Assembly: GCF_018977255.1 (NCBI RefSeq)
Contig: NW_024704742.1
Span: 118,112,001-118,172,000 of the forward strand
DNA length: 60,000 nucleotides
Source: Callorhinchus milii
Taxonomy: Eukaryota
Reading direction: 5' to 3'
In this document: positions 22,560-35,055 of the stretch, piece after piece
Layout of the letters: each line of letters starts with the position of its first letter
Position numbering within the stretch: the first letter of the stretch is position 1
Made by a program: the position numbers and the translations under genes
The notes under the pieces: model-generated
Database searches by the model: none
The model's input: only the letters and a program-made list of their open reading frames with translations
Told to the model about the DNA's origin: nothing

Positions 22560-22770
22560 ATATGCCCCCAAACTGTGGAGCTCCCTGCTTCAATCCCTCC
22601 GCCTTGCCCCCTTCTTGCCAGTCTTCAGATTGCAACTGAAGATCTCCCTGTTCGACCGTGCGTACAGTCACCTTCCCTCTCTCCCTGACTTGCCGTCAAG
22701 CCCAGCCACTAGCAAACGCTCCGAATATTCTACCCTGCAAGAAGGTGCAATAAAAATGCAGGTTGTTGTA
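22560..22770 (+). mobile_element. L2 3' fragment
   Basis: CCCCAAACTGTGG..CCTCCGCCTTGCC..TTCGACCGTGC..ATAAAAATGCAGGTTGTTG. Confidence 0.75.
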
Positions 22771-23325
22771 CTAAATTACTGAATAACCAATTCTAAGATA
22801 AAATAGATCTGCAATGTATTATTTTGGCTTAGTGTGCTCCAAATAGATATTCACCTACCATTTCCTGTCCTTAGTTTTGCAATCTATAGAGGCACTGAAC
22901 CAAGAGGGGGCTGGGGGGGGCAAAGAGAAGGGTAGGGGAAGGGAACATTTAGCAGAGAAGGCATCACTGAGCAGAGAGAGGAGCCCCCTTCTGCAACCCC
23001 ACTGCTGATTGTACAACAATTCTGAAGACCAGCCCACTGTACTGTCACATACCATCGAGTAGAAGTTTGAAGAGCGCTAGAGGACAAAATAACTTGCCTT
23101 GATGTTCCAAAGGGGAATAGGATACAGTATTAGAGATTTTATAAAATCTTTTAAAACAATTCAAGTTTCCAAAACTTCTTACAATTTAATTGATACGTTA
23201 ATTGGATTCAAACGGGTTAAACACCTGCTGAGTATTTGACATTCAATTTGCAACTCATCTCCCTGACAGCTTTGGTAATAGGAGACCAAATCAACAGTGG
23301 TATCAGTCACTGGCCCTGAACTCAC

Positions 23326-23388
23326 CTGGAACTCTCGTAGGACCGTGGAGATGTTGATTTCACTGGTCAGATTTGTCAGGATCTCAAG
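23326..23388 (-). CDS. AP3B1: AP3B1 exon (approx. 12), 63 nt, LEILTNLTSEINISTVLREFQ
   Basis: cag| and |gtgagt. Confidence 0.95.
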
Positions 23389-23739
23389 CTGCATGAAACA
23401 ACATCATCTTTATTCTCTGTAGCAATAAAATGAGCTGTCGCTACACATCAGTCATGAGTACAGTACAAAGAACAATTACTTAAGTGTGTAACTATCTCTT
23501 TTTTAAGGTTTTAAATGAATAAAAAAATGTTTTGCATCTTTTTATTGGCTAGTCCTCTTCCTTCAAACAAGGAAAAGGAGGATCAGGGAGAAGCACAGTT
23601 CCTCAAGTCATCTGGACGTCCTGCTTTCACACAATACAAAATGGATTTGCAGACAATCTCTCAATTCATTCTGCTGATGCTCTCCATCCGTGTGCCCAGG
23701 TGTATAATATAATGGTGAAATAATAATCAACTTACCGAG

Positions 23740-24050
23740 AGATCCTCACACTCGTCTTCAAAACCCTTCACGCCCCAGCACCTCTCTACCTCGCTGACCT
23801 ACTTATTCCCTACGCCACCACCTGCTGCCTCCGCTCACTCCAGCTTCCTGCATGTCCACTGCTCTCCTCTCCTGAAACTCTGGAACTCTCTCCCTCAATC
23901 CCTCCTGCCTTGCCCCTTGCTTTCCCATTGTCAAATCATTCCTTCAGACCTTCCTCTACGACTATGCCGACAGTCAACTCCCCGCTCCCTCCGACTCAGC
24001 ATCAGGCTCCGCCACTGTTAACTTCACCGAAACACTACCCAGCTTGAAGG
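23740..24050 (+). mobile_element. L2 3' fragment
   Basis: C-rich; AAACTCTGGAACTCTCTCCC motif shared with other L2 copies. Confidence 0.7.
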
Positions 24051-24422
24051 GCATGATGAGGGCATGACTAGACCAGAAAACCAGATGTCATGAGTTTGGC
24101 TGTTGTGAATTAGGAATTCAAACAAAGTGGCAAATTAGGTCAGGAATACTCACAGGGTTGTTTGTCGCAAAAAATTAGAGGGTTTGCTATCTCAAATGGA
24201 TGTATTTTATCAGCATGAATTTGACGGTCAAGCAAAATTACTTCACTGCAAAAGGAAGCAAATCAGCATCCTCATCTTCAAATTCATCACCAATTCTCCA
24301 CACCCATCTCCTGATTTCCTGCCCCCCCCCACTCAGGTGCCCAACCATCTGTGTAAAGCGTTTTGAGACATCCTCCCAACATGAAAGCCACTATATAGAC
24401 GTAAATTTAATTGTATAATTAC

Positions 24423-24494
24423 CTTTAATATCTTAATCTGGGTTGGATCAGTTGACCGAATATAGAAACTTTTCAAATAAGGTTGAAACAATCC
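24423..24494 (-). CDS. AP3B1: AP3B1 exon (approx. 11), 72 nt, [24 protein letters not shown]
   Basis: tag| and |gtaatt; follows a 106-nt intron. Confidence 0.95.
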
Positions 24495-24600
24495 CTAGAA
24501 GAAGAAATTTTGTGTTATACTTAATATTATGAGAACTATAAGAATAATAAATCATAATAATAAGTTATTATGTTTTCCATAATAACAGATGCAAACATAC

Positions 24601-24655
24601 CTTTCTTTGTATAGTAATTGTGGCAATGTTCTGCAAGACAATATATTGCACTTCC
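24601..24655 (-). CDS. AP3B1: AP3B1 exon (approx. 10), 55 nt, (R)EVQYIVLQNIATITIQRK
   Basis: cag| and |gtatgt. Confidence 0.95.
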
Positions 24656-25434
24656 CTGGAAATAAAAGCAATATAGTTGAGATTGACACTAATAGAATTT
24701 AAGTTAATTACTATCGAAGAGAACTTTTAACATATTATAATATAAGATGCACCTGACTCTCTCCAAAAGGATACACTATCATACAGATTACTTTGTTGTG
24801 AACAAACTTGATATTCAAATGCAAACATATAAGGTGCCACGATCTTCTCCTTATCTATACTAGTGATGTAAGTTACAGGGACAGGCCAAATGCATCCTGT
24901 CTCCATTTATTCTAGTAGGAATTGGTACTTCATATTTGCATGAAAGCTGATCTGAGATGCAGAACCTTAAGACGCCCTCTACTGAAGGCTGCATATTTAG
25001 CCAGTAGGAATTTTCTTAGTGCTTCACAGGAATTACTGTAACCCGTGCGCACCCTCCCCCCACACACAACTACAACAAGATTACATTTGTATAGCGCCTT
25101 TCACGTCGGGAGGACATCCCAAGGCCCTGAACACACACACACTATTATCTAGGGGTTGTGTCTCACTATGGTCAGAAGACCATCATGATCACTTACAAAT
25201 ACAGCATTAAGCAATTCAACCCTTCCAGTGCAAACAGCTCTTAACTTTCAGCTGGAATCTGTGTTGTAAGAGGTCAAAACCCATTTGATTGGCAGGATCA
25301 CAGAACTTCACTTCTGGTGCTAACAAACTATTAAAACATCAACACTGTAAACCAGTCTTTTCCATGAGTTAGCATTGATTAGCAGATGTGTAGCGGTCTT
25401 GTCTTCAGACATAGAATATATATATACATTCCAC

Positions 25435-25540
25435 TAATATACAGTCAACTCACTTTACAGTCTATTCTATGAAGCGCTTTGAGACGTCGAGAAGACGTGA
25501 AAAGCGCTATATCAAATGCAAGGAATCTTATTATTATTAT
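25435..25540 (+). mobile_element. 3' fragment of young tRNA SINE
   Basis: AGCGCTTTGAGACGTC...GACGTGAAAAGCGCTATATCAAATGCAAGG tail. Confidence 0.88.
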
Positions 25541-26076
25541 GGAAATTGATCTAATGTCCTCCTTTTAAAATTGCCTCAATCACCATAATGTCTATTAGAA
25601 ACTCACAAATTGTTCAGTATTACAGATTTTAAAGTTATTTCATGACTAAAAAAAGCACCTACAGTTGCACTGTAATACTTGAGCTGGAGTCATACACTGA
25701 CAGAATTGAGGTTTTCTGATTTAACAAGAAATTGCACAGCTATTTATGCAATTGTAGATATAAAGGCAGGTCAGTGTTAAATACTTGAAAATACACTTTA
25801 CCATCAGAAATTAACTTGCGATAGGACCTAACCCAAAATTAATTTCCCTCAACAGAGCTTTTATTCAAAGCTTTTATACTGCTTTATTTTTAGCAATTCG
25901 TTTAAAGCTGAACATTGCTGATACTCACACTCTAAACAACCAAGACTCAGTTTGCCAATTAACACTGGCCTGTTAATGTCAATCACAATCTCATTTCAGT
26001 CGTAAACACATGAAACATGGCACCCACTTGAAGTGAATGTAACCTTCCTGTAAGAGTGATTAAATGAATGACTAAC

Positions 26077-26174
26077 CTGTGGCTACGAAGTAATCTGACC
26101 AAAGACTTAGCAACAATGGTAACCTCTGACTTTGGTGCTAGGTGCCAGTAAAGCTGTGCGACCCCCATTACTAC
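26077..26174 (-). CDS. AP3B1: AP3B1 exon (approx. 9), 98 nt, VVMGVAQLYWHLAPKSEVTIVAKSLVRLLRSH(R)
   Basis: cag| and |gttagt. Confidence 0.96.
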
Positions 26175-26534
26175 CTGAAAAGACAGGAATGAGCCAGGAT
26201 CAGGAAGCAATTCACAATGCTCAGTTATTAAGTAACACGAACACAAGAAGTGCTCAGTGGTGCAGTACATTGTTGTATTGACGTTCTGTACACTAACCCA
26301 AGAAATCATGGACGTCTCCCACATAATGAATTCTCATCCGATCTAAGCAGTAAAGCATCAAACAATTAAAATCTCAAGAGGGGAATCAACTTTAACATCC
26401 CTTGTCACCAGTGAGAACATCTGGAAGGAATTGGGCATAAGAAGGGAAAAGGACATACAAAAAATGCACATAAATACTGGGAAGTTAAGGGGAGAAAAGA
26501 GAGAGACTCAGAAGTACTTCTTTTCCTAGAGAGT

Positions 26535-27101
26535 TGTCAGGGTTTTTTTTNGGTCAGCCGGGTGTTTAACACGATCTGAAATCATCACCATGCTTAAGAA
26601 TATCCAAACTAGACTGAGAATTCCACACATCCCACCTACACATGGAAATTCCAGAGATAGATTGTTGGAATGCCCCCACTCTCCCCGGAGGAACACATCC
26701 TGCTTACCTAATGCTGGAAAGTATAAGGCGCAGGTTGACAGGAACCAAGGCTTGGGGACCCCGGAGCGTGTGTTGGGGTCCTGTTGTGAAACCGCATAGC
26801 TGCCCATTGAGAGCACTGTCTGGCAAACTTTCCTGCTGCTTGTCCAGCTTGGAACCCCTACCTGTTCAGGCTTTGGTTGGCAGGGTTAACAAGAGCTAAG
26901 TGAATGATTCCCTGCCCCTAGTAACTGGTCTGGAGCAAATACCAACATGAATAAATGTGTCCAAAGGCCTCCCGCTGTGTCATATATTTCTATGGTTCGA
27001 AGTGTGCTTGGGTCACAAATGTAAAACCTATTTTTTTCCTGAGTGAAACCCAGACTCACCACAGGCTTGTGTTCCATCTAGAATCCAATTAAGAATTGAC
27101 A
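26535..27101 (+). mobile_element. possible solo-LTR-like element
   Basis: Begins TGTCA and ends TGACA; GC-richer than flanks; TATA-like GTATAAGG at about 26721, AATAAA at 26950; no TSD found; contains an N at 26551. Confidence 0.35.
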
Positions 27102-27507
27102 AAACTCGCCCAACAGCAGCAAGCAAGTCTGGTGTACCAGTTTCACTGTAAGGTTTACAGTGGTCTTTTACATTGCTCAAATCAAGTCTTGAAGTATAAC
27201 GCTGCCAATCCCCCTTGGGAGATATTTTTCTGTATAACCAGCTAAAATTATGAATTAACCAATGCACAGCTTTTTCTTTATAATATGAAATGTTAAAACA
27301 TTTTAAGCAATCTGCTGTGCCACTTTCATTTCCAGTGATGAGAGAGTCCACAATCCCATAAACTTGTTCAATGCTTGGCAATTTTACTAGCAGTGAGAAG
27401 TATGTGACCAGAACAATGCGCCTGGCTGCATTTAAGTGCAAATGCATGTAGCCTTCTCTCACCCCTCCCCTGCTCCCACAACTTAACAGAAATAAAAACA
27501 GTTTGTA

Positions 27508-27613
27508 CAGGGTGACCAAAAAGTTGTGGTACCATTATATCTAATAAGTCTTAAATAATTTATGATTTTTTTTTAGATAATAGGCTAGCTATCACAACTT
27601 TTTGGTCACCCTG
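27508..27613. mobile_element. 106-bp Tc1/mariner-type MITE
   Basis: Perfect 21-bp TIR CAGGGTGACCAAAAAGTTGTG / CACAACTTTTTGGTCACCCTG, flanked by TA on both sides. Confidence 0.92.
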
Positions 27614-27811
27614 TATAACCATGGCTACAGATCTATACTACTGTTAAACACATCCCCATAGCAGCATGAAGTCACTGAACTTCAACTGAAACACATGTGG
27701 TTGAAAGAAAAGTACATTACCATCTGCACAATTTTCTCTTTGTTATGGTTCGTCTAAAACTATATTTCTGGTTACAAAATAATTAACGTTAGAAAATAGT
27801 ATTTAGCATAC

Positions 27812-27967
27812 GGCAGCATTTCTGCTCTGCAGTAGAGGTTTGGTGTTCCGGAGCAGAAGGCGATGGTCTGGGTCCATCATGTACGGCTTTCTTCCACTGC
27901 TATTTTTTTTCTGTTCTTCATCAGAATCATAGAAAGCTTTCTCACCATTCTCTTCCAGTGACTCATC
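27812..27967 (-). CDS. AP3B1: AP3B1 exon (approx. 8), 156 nt, [52 protein letters not shown]
   Basis: cag| and |gtatgc; [17 protein letters not shown] motif. Confidence 0.96.
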
Positions 27968-28399
27968 CTGAAAGGACAGAAATCATTAACCATAACTAAA
28001 AATCAGCCCAGCCAATATTTATATAAACATTATAGATCGTCCAACAACCTCAAGTGTAAAAGATCTTTAATGAATGTCTTATCTTCAAATTCTAACCATT
28101 ATACCAAATGCACAAAGTTTAACCAAAATAACTCACAAGGCCATATTTCCAGCCAGAGAACTTGCTAGATAGTAGTTATGTCCCAGCACCTTTAAGATTA
28201 TAAATGGTCTGATATTTTTTGTGTCTGGGTATTTACATCTTACATAATTATCTCAAACACTTAAGACATTATTAATTATAATAATGATTATATTTGATAT
28301 AACACGTTTTACATTGGGAGGATGTCTCATAGGGTTTCACAGGATTTACTCTAGAGTAATAATAAATAATATTTTTTGCATTTGTTCCAGCTCTTTTTC

Positions 28400-28718
28400 A
28401 AGAAGTCTCAAAGCAGTTCACAGAATATACTGTAAAGTGAACTGACTATATTTTGTGAGCGAAACACGGCAGCCAATTGCAAACAGCATTGTCCCACAAA
28501 CCGTCGTGGATTGAGTGACCAAAGCACTATTATTTTTTTTAAAAAAGGGGATTATTACACCCGGAAAAACAATCCGCCAATTGCCTAATAACCAGGTTCC
28601 TACTTACTAATAGGTGGAGTAAGGAAACTTGCCCAAAGTTTCGCCCTGCCCAGGAATCGAACCTATGTCCTCTCGCTTGCGAGGTGAGTGCTCTAATCAC
28701 TAAGCTATAGGACTCCAT
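28400..28718 (-). mobile_element. young tRNA SINE (long subtype)
   Basis: Reverse-complement A/B boxes ending GGACTCC at 28716; internal extra segment present. Confidence 0.9.
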
Positions 28719-28874
28719 GTATATTTTGTAGGCAATCTGGACAGCCAATATGTGCACAACAATGTCCCACAAACAGCCATGAGATGAATGAACAATTTTA
28801 TCTGAGGGATTGTTAGTAAGGACATTGGGAGAAACTCACATCATTTTTCCGAATGGTACTATGGGATACTTTGA

Positions 28875-29230
28875 GCCTTCATGCCTTCGCAACTGGCTAC
28901 CTATCTGATCTGCTTATTCCCCCGCTCCACCACCCGCTGCTCTGCTCGGCTGGCTCCGGCCTCCTGTTGTCTCTCGTCCCCTCCGCCGTCGGTGGCAGTG
29001 CCTTCAACCATTATGCCCCAAAACTCTGGAACTCTCTCCCTTAATCCCTCCGCCTTGCCTCCTCCCTCCCCACCTTCAAATCCCACCTAACAACCTACTG
29101 TTTTAGATCGTGCTTAGTCACTTCCCCCTCCCTCTCCCCCATGCTCGGGGACAGACTACGCCACTGTGAAGCACTACAGGACACTAGCTTGTGTGCAGGG
29201 CGCTAAATAAATGCAAGTTGTTGTCGTCAT
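28875..29230 (+). mobile_element. L2 3' fragment
   Basis: Encodes AFNHYAPKLWNSLP (L2/CR1 ORF2 C-terminus); TAAATGCAAGTTGTTG tail. Confidence 0.85.
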
Positions 29231-29419
29231 CGTTAACATCCACCTGAACAAGCTTGTTCATAATGTATTATAGGTAGCTCTAATATTTTTTAAGCTTGAA
29301 CTCAAAATATGAAGTGTTTTTTAAACAGTTTCCAATTAACATAAAATGAAGAGTACTAAATTGGCATAAGCATATATTCAAAGAAAAGGTAAGAGAACTA
29401 GAAAGCCAAAACATTTTGC

Positions 29420-30090
29420 TTGTGGAGGGGACAAGGGATGTGCAGAAGGCAACTGAGCGAGAGTAGCAGGTAGTGGAGTGGGGTGTTAGCAGATTAAAGA
29501 GGTATGAAGCAAGAAAATCAATCCATTCACCAACAGGGATCCGTGGAGCCCAGCAAAAAATGGGGTGATAGCAGTGCGAAACCGTTAAGAGGAGACAAAA
29601 TGGTACGTGTGGGTCAAGTTGGACTTAAACCAGGAGAGGGCAGTCCCACTGAGGCTGATGAGGCAGTCAAGGAGGAAGGCATCGTCAACAGTGTCAAAAG
29701 CAGCAGAGGTCCAGGAGGCAGATAGAACCTGGTCAGATCAGAGGACATAATAACCTTGACTAGGTCTATCTCAATGCTGTGAGCAGAGTGGAAACTAGAC
29801 AGAAGGGACTCGACAAAGGAAGCGAAGTTGAGTGTCAGCAAGACATTCAGGACTTCAGAAAGGAAGGGCAACTTTGAGATCGACCGGTAGTTAGCAGAGT
29901 TCGACAGATCAAGGATTTTTTTTACAAAAAAGGGAGGGGTGATGGCAACGGGTTTGAGGGGGAACTGGATGGTGCTGGAGGAGACGGACAGATTGACTAT
30001 GTTTGCCAGCATGGGGAAGAGGAGAGATAGTTGATGGTCAGCAAGGGTCGAGGGAGCAGATGGTAGGTTTCATTCAATTACAGGGTAGTA
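29420..30090 (-). mobile_element. L2 reverse-transcriptase fragment
   Basis: NYRSISKLPFLSEVL and HSIEIDLVKV in ORF 29614..30012. Confidence 0.85.
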
Positions 30091-31164
30091 GAAGAGAAAA
30101 TAGGGGTTCTAGATGATATGGGCGGAGGGGTGATGGGGAAGAAGCAGGTAGGTAAATGTTATCTATATTGTAACCTATTTATTGTGAAATGTGTACGTAG
30201 AAGAACAAAAAAAACATCTGAAACCTTGCAGATTTTTTTTAAAAAACATTTAAATCACAGAAGCAACTGCATTTTCTATCAAAAGCTCAATAAACAAATT
30301 GACTATCACTAAGTGGAGAAAAAGCAAACCTAAATCAGTCCTATCAAGAGCTCCATACAGCACACATCCCCAAATTACCCCATTTTCACAACAAAGAGGC
30401 CGGCAGTACTGTTAAGTGCATTAGCTGTCCACAGAGATGACAGTAAGCCATCAACTCCACTGAGCAAACTACTCAACAACAAGCTGCACTTTACAACTGC
30501 ACATAAATATAAATAACCTTCAATTAGAGGAAAGACGTGAATTGGTACAATACTGCCTCACTAAGAGCTGAAATTCGTCAGCAAAGCTGACGACTAAGTA
30601 ATTTTTAAAAAAAGTAAATCAGCTATGAAAAACAAGAAAATAAACCCTTTTCCATCAAACCTTGATCAAATATTTTGTCTTCCACGTAATCTTTCGATAT
30701 ACTTGATTTTACAACCCTATGATCTTCTGTATTAGAGTCAGGAAATAGCCTCAAAAAACAATGTTAGCTTGATTTCTTAATACTGCACAGATTCCAGAGT
30801 GGCAGACTACAACTCAAATCAGACGTCCACCCTAAAACCAACCTGTAATTTTCGATACTGGATTCACAAGTTCCTATGAAAAAATAGTTTGTGCAGAAAC
30901 TCGGCTTTATCTACTAGATACATTTGGTATGGCATTTAATCAAGGTGAAGGAGCTTGAAGATGAGTACCAGATCTTAAAATATTTTTTAAATTATATTCT
31001 GTTGTCCACCTTCTTCAATGAAATTTAGAAAAATAGTTTCTCCAAAACATTGCTCATTATACTTTGAAACACAATGAATCCAAAAATATTTATTAAATGT
31101 GCTATTTAGATATAAAATTAGATTAAGTACCTCACCAAGATCCCTCATTTTCTAAATTTAATAC

Positions 31165-31510
31165 ATATATATATTATATATGGAAATTGCATTGTAAAAT
31201 TGTATTGCAAAGTGCTTGAGAACACCTGCTGGACACCTGAATTGGGATGGGAGCCAAGGGGAAAGATGACCAAAAGTACGGTCAAAGAGGTACGTTTTGA
31301 GATGAGCCTTGCACAATGGGAGGAAGAGGAAAGGAGTCAGAGTCACTCTGAGATGGATATCCAAAGAGTAGGGCCAAAGTGGCTGAAAGCTCAACGATGG
31401 TGGGGCGGATTGGGACATGAGATTAGAGAACATCTTGGCCAGTATGGTTGAAGGAAGTCACAGAGCTATGGTGGGGTGAGATCATCAAGGGACTCGAAAG
31501 TTAGAACAAG
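31165..31510 (-). mobile_element. L2 3' fragment
   Basis: KAHLKTYLFDRTF C-terminal motif. Confidence 0.75.
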
Positions 31511-31677
31511 GATGATTCAACAAGGAAAAATGAACAAACAGGTTTTGTGCACTGAATGACTGTTTTCTCATTCTTGCGTTTTGAAGAAAATTAAAATTGT
31601 CCCCTTTAGAGTTTTCACATTATACTCATTTAATTTTATCTGCCCACACATGCACACCCATTCACATTTTGTGGTTC

Positions 31678-32620
31678 TTAAGACCATAAGACATAGGAGC
31701 AGGAGTAGGCCATTTGGCCCCTCGAGCCTGCCATGCCATTTAATAAGATCACAGCTGATCTTCTAACCTAATTCCATTTACCCGCCCTATCCCCATATCC
31801 CTTAATCCCCCTATCCTTTAGAAATCTATCAACCTCAGTCTTGAATATGTTCAAGGAATGAGCATCCACAGCCTTCTGTGGTAGAGAATTCCACAAATTC
31901 ACTACCCTCTGAGTGAAGAAATGTTTCCTCAACTCAGTTCGAAAAGGCTGACCATTAATTTTGAGACTATGACCCCTAGTTTTAGATTCTCCAACCAGGG
32001 GAAACAGTCGCACGGCGTCTACCCTGTCAAGACCCTTAAGAATCTTATAGATTTCTATAAGATTCCCTCTAATTCTTCTATATTCTAGAGAATATAGGCC
32101 TAGTTTACTCAACCTATCCTCAAAGGTCAAGCCCCTCATCCCAGGAACCAAGCCAGTAAATCTCCGTTGCACCTCCTCTAAGGTGAGTATGTCCTTTCAT
32201 AAATAAGGAGACCAAAACTGCACACAATATTCTAGGTGTGGTCTCACCAAGGCCTTACACAACTGCAGCAAAACTTCCCTACTCTTGTACTCTAACCCTT
32301 TTGCAACGAACGCTAACATGGCAATAGCCTTCCTAGTTGCTTGCTGTACCTGCATACTAACTTTTTGTGACCTGTGTACAAGGACACCCAAATCCTTCTG
32401 AACACTAACACTACCTAGTTTCTCCACCTCTAGAAAATAATCCGCTTTTTTATTTTTACTACTAGGTGAATAACTTCATACTTCCCCCACGTAATACTCC
32501 ATCTGCCCCCCTTCTTGCCCACTCACCTAGCCTGTATATTTCCCTTTGCACTCTTCGCGTGTCATCCTCACAGCTTACTCTCCCACCTATCTTCGTATCA
32601 TCGGTGAATTTAGATATGTT
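31678..32620 (-). mobile_element. CR1-clade LINE 3' portion (HER1-like tail)
   Basis: KDLGVLV, LVRPHLEYCVQFWSPY, QRRFT..LGLYSLEYRRIRG..FFTQRVVNLWNSLP; tail revcomp GGCCTACTCCTGCTCCTATGTCTTATG. Confidence 0.95.
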
Positions 32621-33079
32621 AAGTTCTAGTTCCACTTTGAGAGGGAATTACAATGAGTGGTAATTACGGGCATCATCAGGTGTGGGGTCATATAGTAATC
32701 AGAGCCTTTATGTACCCAGGATTCAAGATGATGTCTATAGCATTTATGCTGTATCCTACAACAAAACATCTCAGATACCTTAGGTGGGTTGTCTTGGGGC
32801 AGGGAAGGACAGTTTTTCATTCTTTTTAAAATTCAATAAAATGAGCACTACTGTATTTCCCAAAAAAATCTTCTCGGGAGGGGGAAAGAAAATAACATGA
32901 TGTAACTGGGATTGAAATTGATATAAATCTAGTGAAGCAAGACATGTTCATAGTAATCCAAATTATGGTTAACAGCTGATCAGTATGTATAACTTGTCAA
33001 TCAGACTTAGAAGTATTCACACATCTTCAACTTTGCAAGGTAATGCCTAAATGGATAGTTCCAGCTGGGCATGTACCAT

Positions 33080-33270
33080 GAAATCTGCCTGTTGGAACAG
33101 CCTCAATTGGCTTATTTAAGAGAGAATTTAATAGGCAATTAGTAAAGGTATTAAGGGTACAGAGAAAGAGCAGAGAATTTGGATTAGGATAGCTGGCTTC
33201 AATGGATGAAATACAGGTACTAATATAATGGCTTGAATGGCATCCTAGAGTTGTAGATTTGTATTGTTCT
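33080..33270 (+). mobile_element. old CR1 3' end
   Basis: TTTAAGAGAGAATTT...ATTAAGGGTAC...GGCTTGAATGGC resembles the CR1 3' ends in this window. Confidence 0.55.
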
Positions 33271-34872
33271 AAATCTACCAGCGTTTCATACATATGAGCA
33301 AAAGATTGCTCTAACAACTAATATAGATTAACATGAGAACTAGAGTACTTTACAACGCAAGAGTGCAACAACAAATTACATTTGTGTTGTGCCTTTTAGA
33401 TCGGGAGGACGTCCCAAGGCGCTGAAAGATTTGTGCTGATGTCAAAGAGCACATCGAAACTTATGACTCAGTTCAATCACAACAAGCTCATAACAGACCA
33501 CAACACAAATCATATGAATATAGTGATACAGCAGGTTTTAAAATAACATCCCTTCTCTTGGAAATTAATTTTAATCTTACTGATCATACTGAAAAAGCCA
33601 AAAAAACGAAATCTAAATCATTACGTATAGAAATTGTTTTTGATGAATTCTTTGGGTCTAATCTTCTGAAAATCAACAGGGCCAAATTTATTTTCTATCT
33701 TTTTACTTCAACTGTTGTTTTTTAAAAAAAACATAAACAATAAAAACAAGTATTTGTGTCCTTGAAAAATGTCAATATTTTGCTGGAACTTTCAATCATT
33801 TCCTGTACGGTTTAGTCAAGATTGAAAAAAATGTTTTGAACAATTATAACAAACTCTTTGCGAGCTGTATTCATCTTTTTAGATTTATGTACCTTTCAAC
33901 TGAAAGTACTAGATTTAAACAATGGTATTTTTATAACATTTACAAAATCTGAAAGCCAAACATTCATTTTATCAGTCTAGTAAATTTATTAACTTAAAAG
34001 GCTTAATTTCCATTTTTCTGCGTCAGCTCCATTTATAAATGTCAAGCCCTATAAATGTGCTTTTATTTTCTTTTAGTCAAGCACCCCGTTAACAAATCTG
34101 CTCATTAATATGTAAATCTAAAGTCAATCGGTCTTCTTTCTGACAGCACTATGAATTCTGAGTGGTGCACTGTGTAATCGGCTTTACTTAGTGAAGAATA
34201 TTCATCATAAAAGATGTCATTTAAGAAAAATTACACAAAATATACCATAATTGATATGACTGCTGTCTAGTTAATAGTCCTTTAATTGTCACCCACAACA
34301 TATAGCGCTGGATTTACACATTGATGTTGGTAGGTCAAATTAAAAAAGTGATGTTTTTATAGAAAAATGAAAAACATGAAAAAAATCATGACATTTGCAA
34401 ATTTTGTAATGCAACTTAGCTGAAAAAATAGTTTACTTATCTTTCAAAAGGGCGGGGGAGGGGGGGAGAGGAAGGCTCCAATACTATTTAGAATCATAAC
34501 TAACGGTTTTGTTCATCAGGGTCAAGAAACCAGCCCAAGCAATCACTTGCTATCTCATAACTGCAAAAGTTATGATGGTAAGTACAACTTTAAGAAAAGG
34601 TTAGGATGGCATTGAATAGTATCCTTCTGTGTTGTATATTCTATTATTGCATATTGGTTTGAAAACAATTTTGTTTTGAAAGAATCAAATTCTATAAAGC
34701 ATGACTAATCGGTAGATATTTTAACAGGCTTAAGACATCAGTCACGTTGCAAAGAAAGTGCACTTTACTATAGTGAGTTACCATATGAATAGAAAAATTA
34801 TAAAGTTATCGGTAACAAAACTGTGAAATTTTACAAGTTGGACAGGGAATTATTTGTGAGCACATGACATAC

Positions 34873-35055
34873 CTCTTTCCATGGGCTTAGAAACTGCATT
34901 CTTGCATATCGAGTAAGCATGTTAATGATGACAACCTGGCCCCACTCTTCCACATCCACCAAAAGGTTGCACAACTTGCGATAATTCTTGTGAATCAGGT
35001 GGATTCGTTCAGGGCAGACCTCCTCAAATGCCATCACAACACTTCCAGCTACGAG
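34873..35055 (-). CDS. AP3B1: AP3B1 exon (approx. 7), 183 nt, [17 protein letters not shown]...EEWGQV...LSPWKE
   Basis: cag| and |gtatgt; lies within ORF 34831..35178. Confidence 0.97.

Noticed and set aside
27028..27519. 163-aa minus-strand ORF
   Set aside because: No recognisable domain; it starts inside the MITE TIR and runs into the LTR-like segment, so it is likely chance.
30575..30593. Hairpin TCGTCAGC-AAA-GCTGACGA as a terminator or Helitron end
   Set aside because: Single short stem with no matching element structure or other copies in the window; Rho-independent terminators do not apply to a vertebrate intron.
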